Assembly: GCA_003344405.1 (NCBI GenBank)
Contig: NOWV01000115.1
Span: 62,001 to 126,000, forward strand
Length of the DNA: 64,000 nt
Direction: 5' to 3'
Source: Trichoplax sp. H2
Taxonomy: Eukaryota
Positions 55,089 through 64,000 of the stretch are shown here, piece by piece. Made by a program: the position numbers and the translations under genes. Numbering within the stretch: the stretch's first letter is position 1; every line of letters starts with the position of its first letter. The notes below the pieces were generated by a model. The model was not told the origin of the DNA. It was given only the letters and a program-made list of their open reading frames with translations, and did not search any database.

Positions 55089-56642
55089 ATAAGCCAATAT
55101 TGCTATCGATGTGCTTCACAACTAAGTTCAATGCTGATGGATAATATAGCAGTATGAATACCAATAGTACCGAGAGTAGCGTGCTAGATAAAATGATGAT
55201 TGACTAATATATTTTTCATCGGAGTTCTAATAACAAAGAAAAGCTTAATATTTTTTATATAGCAGGACAAATAAATTGGTCAATATTCTTTAATATCAGT
55301 ACTATTAAAAATTATAGGCGGATAATGTAGGTTTTTTGTTAAAGAATTATCAATAGAATGAATTTATTTGATCTATTGTGTGAGAGGGGAAAAACACATT
55401 CTATGAGAGCCGCAGTAGACTTTTATTTTCGATTGGAGTATGTCATAACGAATTTGTGACGATGGACATTCTTACTAACTAGCTATATAGCTTCCGATTG
55501 AGTAAGTATTCAAATTCTATATTTGAGACCTGGTTTACAATTTTCTGATGTCGTTTTCGATTGTTAATTTAAATATAATATAAAGAGGAATGGAAAGAAT
55601 ATGAAAAGACCAGTTAGAATTCCTTTACTCATATCAATATAGTGAATGTCGGTTATCGCTTTATTATTAAAGTTTAATATTTAAAATTGATAGGGGCAAC
55701 AAAGCATTCACATGCACGATCTACGTGTACAATTACAAAAAATAATTTTTTGCAATCCTTTTCTGATTTCAGTTATGAGACAAATACCGAGGCCAAGAGA
55801 GCATTAGCGTATTATATGCCTTCAAAATAATATGAATTAGAATGTTGCACGATTTTATTCAAGGATCTAGTGTCATCTTTGACAACAATTAATAGAACAG
55901 TGAATTTTCTATATTAAACACCGTGCTCTTCCGTAATTGTGTCAAATTTTAATCTATTGAGTGATTGTCAGAATTTCACGATATTATTGCAATAGAATTT
56001 CGGTTTCTAAATCCGTCATCTTGTTCAATATGCTAATAGATTTAGTTCTCTCAAAATTACAAAAATTTTGGGGTAATTTTGATCCAATCAACAGTTAATT
56101 CGGTGATCATTATCAGTAAAGTATTCTATAGCACAATACAAAATCAAAACTGTATGGATAAACAGTCTTTAAAAACCCAATCTATGATATAAAATCTACT
56201 TAAATAAATTTATTTACTTGCTTATAAAGTTATAGAAAATAATATACAATGCCGTGGTATTTGATTGATTACTTTAAGTTCTATGGTAATTCCTTACTAC
56301 ACTTTAAACTAAGAATTAGACTTAAGATTTTAGTGTAATAAAGTATTAAGAGAATAGAAACTGAATTCATAAACAAATGTAAAGATTCATTAAAAATTTA
56401 ACAACCAAATAGACATTGAATTTATCATAGGAACTTCTAGAGAATTTTATTTAATCGTGATTGAAACTGGAAAGCTGAACGAGTATAAATTCCTTAGAAA
56501 TACCTAAAACGCTACCTTATAGTTTTTCTTTAATGAGTTTTTAATCATCTACTATACTAAATATACAGGAATGTATCCAGAAATACTGCTTCTACGTCAG
56601 TAGTTACTCTTATATGTTGGGTTTTATTTTAGTGTGGGGGAT

Positions 56643-57680
56643 TATTACGGAGCAAAGCACCGTACTTGCTAATTAAATAGATTTTGTTAGTATTTAGCTG
56701 TCACGGTACGAACTACCGTGAAGAAATAGCTATCTAAACTTGGTAAATATAATATAGTGATAATATATTAAAACTAGTTACTTACAATAGGAATTACTCT
56801 AATTATAAATGTGTTACAGTAAATTTAATGCTGTGCTGTAATGTGCACTGAAATGATTCTGTGAATGAATATGTTGTAGTCCGAATGTGAAAAATTAGTT
56901 AGTAGATGTTCTCACTAAAGTATTTTTATAAGATGACTCATGAATGTTAGCTGCTGTAGAAGGGTATATAAGCCCGTCAGATAGTAGAATAAAGTAGTTC
57001 TCAATTGTCTAGTTGAGTTTAATGTAGAATCAAAGGCGTCTAAATTCTTGTGAGATAGTTAAGGGATACTGAATCCCGGAGACTATAGTAATTAAGAGAT
57101 TTATTTTACGTTATCCTTGTCACGAAGCTGGTTTGTGACATTAGCTAATAGATCATATTCGTAAGTGATAATTGAAATTAAGAATATTAATAATGTCTAG
57201 ATTGCTAGACAACAAAAGGCATAATTGTATTTTACAATTAATTAGTAGAGCCTATATAGATATTAATAATGGCGACACGTTAGCACCCTCTGCGAACGCG
57301 CCATTATCGTGCAGAGCCTCAAGGGTCTAATTGGCTATTAATTAGTTATTGCTAATTAAAGTTGTTTACGTACTTGTGTCTATAGTAAACTATATAGTTT
57401 AATGAGGCTTGTCCTTCTATACAAATTATGTAAATCTTATATTGTCAAGTTACTATGTAAGCACCACAAATTTAGTTGAAGGGTATAAAAGGACGAGCGA
57501 ATGCTCAGTTCCTGAGTTCTTTATTAGATCGTGTACGAAAAGGTACTCGGCTACTTTATTAATAAAAACTATACTATATAACTATAACTATACTGTATAG
57601 AACTACCATACAGTAGATCATCAGGTGTAGTGGAGCAAGGCATAAGTAATCTATTAGTTTAGTGTAGTACAGTAGTAACT
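56643..57680 (+). mobile_element. Family C LTR-like element, long copy, interrupted by a family B element
   Basis: TATTACGGAGCAAAGCACCG start matches 8598; TATAAAA at 57484 and AATAAA at 57561; 3' part matches 8740-8788; right boundary approximate. Confidence 0.75.
56699..57140 (+). mobile_element. Family B solo LTR (442 bp) nested in family C
   Basis: TGTCAC...GTGACA perfect 6-bp inverted termini; perfect TTAGC TSD (56694-56698 / 57141-57145); TATATAA at 56965 and AATAAA at 56988. Confidence 0.92.
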
Positions 57681-59244
57681 CATGTAAGCACCAAACTAAA
57701 CGTTACTAACAATTCTTTCAAGATTAGTACGAAAAAAATTTAAAAGTAATATATAGTAAAGTTATCGTGATTAAGTTTACACAATAGTAAAGAAAGTAGG
57801 CGCTTTTATAAAATATAAATGAATGTTTCTCTTGAGAAGTAATATTCCGAAAACATAATTATTCTAAAATGATACGTTTCGTATAGACAATTAACGTATT
57901 GATTATCTTTCCAATAGGGTGACGATGAGTTTCCCTCGTTTAATGGAGTTAAGCAAACGATACTGAACGATTAAATACACCAACTTAATCAAGTTGTATT
58001 TTTAAAAAGTTACGATTCTTCCTGATTATCAAGAAGTGACCTTTCCTACAAAATGTATATCTTATTTACGTCAGATAACATTACATTATCTATGGCGTTA
58101 AATATTCTCTTAATAGACAAGTGCATAATTTTATAATATTATTTATAAACTTATAAGTAATGCTTACGCAGATTTAGTATAAGTTGAACAATTTCTCAAT
58201 AAAATTTGGGTTCAGTGTTGCTCACGAGAGACTAGCGTGGAGTTAATCAATATTCTTCCTGACGATCTCCTATTGTCAGTATTTAGATTCATACCGTACT
58301 ATAGGTAAATATTACGGAGGAAAAATTTGATAGTAGGTTCGTAGAGTTAATTTCTGTATTACTTCAAATATTTCATCTTCCCTCTTATAAATCTAAATTT
58401 GTAACGACGAATTCATAAATTTGATAATGGGCTGAAATCTTAAAATGCTACTATACCAAAATTCAAATCAGCCAATTTTATAGAGACTTTTCAGCTCTTT
58501 AAATTATATAACGAGTTATGTTTTTCAAGTTAATATTATAATAAATGGTTTATGATAGAAAATTGATTAGTTGTAGGCCTATAAATACCAAAATCATTGA
58601 ACACTGACCAAAAAACTTTCCTTAAAGTCTTTGAGATAGTAATTGCATAATATGGCTACAATTAAAATAATTTTGTTAATTATTTCAGTTATAAGAATTA
58701 ACATACTAGCTAGTTAGTCATAAATTCCGATTAATTTACTGTGTTTCAAAATATAAATTCAGTGAAATACTATAGCAACTGACAAATTTAAAACATTAAA
58801 CATATATAAATTTAAGACGTATAAGTTTTACTCACAATATGTAGATATGTATAAGCAAGCACAAATGCCAACAGCATATTAATTTTAGTAGCTATCCACA
58901 AAGGTACACGTAAATTACAATCTATTAGTTAGGATTTCTTAGCTTAAAATAATATAACTAAATCGTTACATCAAATTATTGCGTCAATATTGTATAATTA
59001 ATCTTAAAAGTAACGAGTTTTTATTTTAATTAGCTTGTAAGCTAGATTTTAGAATTTTCCATTGTAGCATGAACAAATTCTATCTTGGCCACAATAATAT
59101 GCAAAGTAATAGTTGGTCTTGATAAGGAACATTGGAACAGGTTTTAAACGTGAGAGTGGTATTTCATGAAACTATATTAATTCTCTTAAGAGATTCAAAG
59201 TATTATTCAAGCTAAAAGCTAAGTGAAGTTAGGCATTCTACAAC

Positions 59245-60339
59245 TTAATTCTCTTTCATAAGAGACATATACACATTTTTAGCCATCCGCTGAAATCTAA
59301 TCATCATTTCTGAACTGCGAACACCATGTTCAGTAATGGAATCGTAAACCATTGCTTCGCTATAGTTGAGTTTGCTAGCATCATAAGTACGAAGTCGAAA
59401 TCTTGGATTATGAACTGGTAGAACTTTTGACGAAGAAGCTAATAATCCAATGTAAACATCATCAATACTTGTAATCTTATGATGAAACGGTATCGATTGA
59501 ATCAATTTACTAGCAGTTTCTCGAGCCATGACATAACTAAATCCTGAACAGAATCGAGGAAATCGTGTACCAGCGAAATCCCTATATGATACATAATATT
59601 TACTGCCTTTATGGCGTACTGGAGCACTGTTGCCAGCAGAAACAAGACCAATCCAGCAATTGGCTGGATCAAAACTTGAAGTAGCACTGATTTTAAATAA
59701 ATAATCTAGTAACCTCCACTTATTTACCCATACATCGTCGTCACCCTTGTAGTAAAACTTTGCTGGACAAATTTGATTTGCCCAAAACATACCTAATAGG
59801 GTTTTTACGGTTAAAGTTTTATGGTGCTCTTTTTTACCCATGACTAATAAATCACCATAAATCATTGCTTCTTGTTTGACTCGAGCATCCGTCGCAGCAT
59901 TTCCTGTACGTCCAACAATAAAAATTACTTTCCAAATATGCTTGCTATTAAAACGCTCATTAAATTCCTTTGCATTTCCCCATGTTTGGCGGATACCAAG
60001 ACGTCGGTCGAAATGAAACGCAGCACTATTAATCATGAGTAGTACAAACGGAGAATAATTACAGGGTTTGGCACTTATGTGTTCATCATAAGCAGAAATA
60101 AAGATATTACCAATCATCTCCAAAGCAGCTTTTACAGATACTTCGCGGAAAATATTTCGTTCGTTGCTAACTAATTGGTTAGTTGAAACAACACTAGTAT
60201 AAATATCATAATTAGTTTTAATCTGAAGATCGGTTGTTGGCCTTAACAAGATGGATTTGCAACAGCATCTGGTTTGAAATGCCGATAAAATCATTCGTCT
60301 AACATGAAAGTAGCTTACAAACAACAAAAATGCAACCAT
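59245..60339 (-). CDS. GT31 family beta-1,3-galactosyl/GlcNAc-transferase (B3GALT/B3GNT-like); N-terminus probably extends upstream
   Basis: Family motifs VLLMINSAAFHFDRRLGIRQTWG, FIVG, EAMIYGDL, LTVKTL, KGDDDVWVN (DxD), PVR...SKYYVS, FPRFCSGFSYVM, IDDVYIG; hydrophobic N-terminus. Confidence 0.92.
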   Translation of the reverse strand: MVAFLLFVSYFHVRRMILSAFQTRCCCKSILLRPTTDLQIKTNYDIYTSVVSTNQLVSNERNIFREVSVKAALEMIGNIFISAYDEHISAKPCNYSPFVLLMINSAAFHFDRRLGIRQTWGNAKEFNERFNSKHIWKVIFIVGRTGNAATDARVKQEAMIYGDLLVMGKKEHHKTLTVKTLLGMFWANQICPAKFYYKGDDDVWVNKWRLLDYLFKISATSSFDPANCWIGLVSAGNSAPVRHKGSKYYVSYRDFAGTRFPRFCSGFSYVMARETASKLIQSIPFHHKITSIDDVYIGLLASSSKVLPVHNPRFRLRTYDASKLNYSEAMVYDSITEHGVRSSEMMIRFQRMAKNVYMSLMKEN

Positions 60340-63300
60340 CAAGGCTATGGAGGCAGTAACTGCTCTTTTAGTTGATTTCTAGCTAGGTATAAAAGCATCT
60401 TGTACATTAAACGAAGTAACAAATATATCTAATGCAGTTCCTTAATTTCTTATTTTTCTATCTAGTACCAAGTAGGTAGATTTATTAATGAAAGCCATAA
60501 ATCTAAGCCGTATATTCTAGTTACAAAGGATCACAAAGGGTTAATACAAGTTTTTTCGTTTATTACCTTATAAATAAGTGAATACCAATAGACATGTCTT
60601 TAATCATACTATCGATTTACATTGGTAATGGTACCTGCTTAATTAGGCATTCTTCTAAGTACTCGAAATATTTCTTTAAAAAGTTTAATAATATTGCTAA
60701 AATTTTAGGAATAGATCACTGGTGTTTAGGAGAAAATTTCAAAAAAGTGATCTACTTTTCACAGATTCTCTCGTTAGAAATACCTTAAACGTGTAAATAA
60801 CATCTAAAATTAACCATCGAGTAGATTTGGCCAGCAATAAATCACTGCAAATGATTGAGAACCACTCTTAGCAAATCAAAACCCGCATATCGATAAAGGT
60901 GGTTAATAACAACTGTAATAGTGTGCTTCCAATTAAAATTAGAAAAGGCTTCATTTATGAATTATTCAAGTCGGTAGACTACATTAAGAATCGGTTAACG
61001 TTTGGCAAAAATATTTTATGAAAACACTAGGGGGCCGTTACGTAGCGTTGCATAGCAGTTCATAGGTTAAAAATTAAAGACATTCGATATTCTTCATATT
61101 TCGATTCATAGACCACCAATGGAGGATTGATTTCCATGCATGAAACTGGTCTAAAATTCTTAATTATATAAGTTACTCATTAAACATATATAACAGAATA
61201 CGTTAGATATTGAAGCCTACTCTCAATTTTGATAGTAATGTGTATAATCAGTAATGATGGAAAGAATATTACACGCGTAATTTGCACTATCTGAAAATGA
61301 TCTGGTTTTGAACTAACGTGATTTTAAAGAGCATCCGCCTTTTATATTAATCACTGAATTCAACGATAAACTTATGCAATTAGCTTCCCAATCAAGAATG
61401 AAAAATATTTTAAAGTTCCTTCGATTAATATGATTTGACTGATCTTTCAATAAAACTGAGGGTACTAGCTTAGTCCTTTGGGACATATATATGGTTACTC
61501 TGACATCCGAGCCAAAGAAGATCTCAGTATATTGAGTCTTTGTATGGTTATTTATCGGAAAGACTATCTTAACGAAAGGCTTATATACAATACGGTAGTT
61601 TCTTATTTCTAGTAGCCTTTATATTACGAATCGGGTCCAGTTCACGAAAGCGTGCACGTATTTAATAATAAACATAAATTTACAATCATGATTTTCTGCA
61701 ACTCTTTCAACCCTATGTATTGATTCAAAGAATTCTTAGAATCTCATCTAGTAAAGTCAAACTTCTCTTCAACTCAGTAAAATCCAAATTACGTCAGCTA
61801 GCGTATTTTCATGTCTAAATAACTTCAGCTATGTCTACAATATTGCATGCTTCTCTTTTACCGTATTCTAAAGAAAAGCTTAAAAATTTTGTAACGAATG
61901 ATAGATTATGCCGTACTAATCTAGATAATTACCATCAATTTAACATTTCGGGATCGTAACATATAAATTCCCTCATTACAAGTTTCGAATTTACAGTTAA
62001 CAAGTTTATACAAGTAGTTAATACATTGATGACAAAATTTATGAAGGAAAATTCTAAAAATTTGCCATTATTGTATCAAATTGTGCGATTTATAACTACA
62101 AGGAAGTTCTATCGTGATACTACAGTAATAAAACAAATCAACTAGTTGTATTCTACAGACTACACAATTTATGCTATTAACTATATCAAATTTACTACTT
62201 TTAATCGAATCCTTGTCGATTTATCTGGTGAGAAGTACACTTTATAGTTTCGAGCCATTGACTGACTAAATATACGGTACTGAAATTGAATGGCTTAGTC
62301 CACAAATCATAAAATAGAAATAAATATCATTCAAATTCCTGTATCGTAGTACAATAATCTACAATACTGATGAAACCAATGGTGATTGGATATTGCTATA
62401 CATTTTATGTTAAAGGTTATGTATATCGTATATTACATCTATGCGTGCGAGTATATCCTTAATTATTTTAAAATCTGATATAATTTCTTCCTTAACTTTT
62501 GATGGCAAAAGAGTTAAATAATTTCAGTGATATAGTATTAAGTAAATTAAGCGTAGAATTCTGCTTCTATTTTCAGAGAGATAAGCATCACATGTGTGCC
62601 AAGATATACTAATAATTATTAAACACGCTCTATGATTTATTAAATTGAATACAGATTAAAGATATGATCAATAATATATTTTTGTTTAAAATTTTGACCT
62701 TTACTTTTATGTTGCATAACCTTAATCATGATTGTGTTCTTTTTTAAGCCCGGCAATACGTTCGGTAACATTTTACATTTCACATCGATATGAGTTATTA
62801 TTATTGTCTTGAATTAAAATGTATGAGCTATTCTTCTGAAGGACCGGATATCGTCTAGGGTCCAACAATGATTGGTACCACCTCTTGTCAAGGTTAATGA
62901 ATATTATAATTTTCCCATGGAATAATGAATTAGCTTTAACAAGTCTATTATGAGATCTTGCTTATATCATGTTAGCATTGGCAAATAATTACTTCTACTA
63001 ATCTAGTTACCGTAAGTACTGGTAGCTTAAGGTATTAAAGCTAAATATCAAATTATTTATGAGCATTTCGATTAGTTTTCTAAATCAACATCCAGCGAAA
63101 GATATCCTGTGCTATAACAAAGTAATACTGAACACTTTAACAAATTGTGCTTCAAACAGCTGCAAGGCAATATTAATGATATTACATCTTAGAATGTTCT
63201 CATATTTTCTCAGCTTTAAAATAAAGTTATAGCTTTTAGAAGCATAAAATTTAATGCGTCGGATTTCGAAGCTGATTTTAAGTTAGCTTACAAGTAACAC

Positions 63301-63399
63301 ATCGCTCATTTCATTAATACATTTACTTCGATATTGTCTACATAAAGATAACATCATGGTTAAAATAGATGATAATTCAGCTTGTTATTGAAAGTAGCA

Positions 63400-64000
63400 T
63401 TAATTTTTAAAACATCGGCAGTATGATATTGCACCTGATAAGTAACAAATCAAAGGTTTCCTAAATTCCTTAATACATATAATGTGTAGAATTGGGCTGT
63501 GAAGTCCAATAGCTAAAATCGCAATATATTGTATTGCAAGAGCAAATCCAACCAAGTAGGCATTAGACTTTAAACTGTAACCTATGACAGTAAAATTAAA
63601 GCCCGTAAACCACAATAAGCAACATATAAATTGCACTATAATTAAATGTTTTAACATTTTATTTATATGTAGTAGGCGTTGATTCCATCGTCCATCCAGA
63701 CCTAATGTTTTAAACTTAAGTTGCTTTAACGTAATGGCAGATATGTAAAACCGATAATTACGCCTTAATTTCTTAGCAATCTTAATATAGCAGATCAACA
63801 TAATTAGAAATGGAATAACTATATTTAAGCTGGAAATAATCAATGTTATGTTTCGTGATGCTAATGAATTAGTGTAGAGCGCGCACATATCGTTAATAGA
63901 GCTGTCCTTGAGGACAATAAGAGATCTTGGCCAATATTGCAAAATTCCAATTAACCAGAAACCTGACAAAATTGTTATAGTTTTACGACGTGCTTGTCGA
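63400..64000 (-). CDS. Intronless orphan class A GPCR, array member 5; 5' half lies beyond the window
   Basis: Frame open to the window edge (RQARRKTITILSGFWLIGILQYWPRS); NIVIPF, QFICCLLW, SPILH, KEFRKPL; clearly paralogous to members 3 and 4. Confidence 0.9.
   Translation of the reverse strand, partial: RQARRKTITILSGFWLIGILQYWPRSLIVLKDSSINDMCALYTNSLASRNITLIISSLNIVIPFLIMLICYIKIAKKLRRNYRFYISAITLKQLKFKTLGLDGRWNQRLLHINKMLKHLIIVQFICCLLWFTGFNFTVIGYSLKSNAYLVGFALAIQYIAILAIGLHSPILHIICIKEFRKPLICYLSGAISYCRCFKN

Overview
AT-rich animal genomic DNA from a short-read diploid assembly with seven 20-N gaps. Short GT-AG introns, intronless divergent class A GPCRs and the base composition suggest a placozoan (Trichoplax-like) genome, which is an inference. 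Coding content: (i) a complete 27-exon TRPA-type channel on the minus strand (16010-26292, 1212 aa by manual splicing, 17 ankyrin repeats) with a ~150-aa Ser/Thr/Pro-rich S1-S2 loop; (ii) one plus-strand orphan GPCR convergent with it; (iii) a minus-strand tandem array of five related intronless GPCRs with degenerate activation motifs; (iv) a GT31 beta-1,3-glycosyltransferase inside that array. The non-coding DNA holds about 19 short TG...CA elements from at least 8 families, roughly 8-9 kb in total. Thirteen have an identifiable 5-bp target-site duplication and several show an internal TATA box and AATAAA signal. They look like solo LTRs, with no gag/pol anywhere in the window. Some are nested, some are internally deleted, and three appear as filled versus empty haplotypes on either side of assembly gaps. 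A 7-copy ~91-bp minisatellite lies in TRPA intron 2. All coordinates were read by eye and no searches were run.
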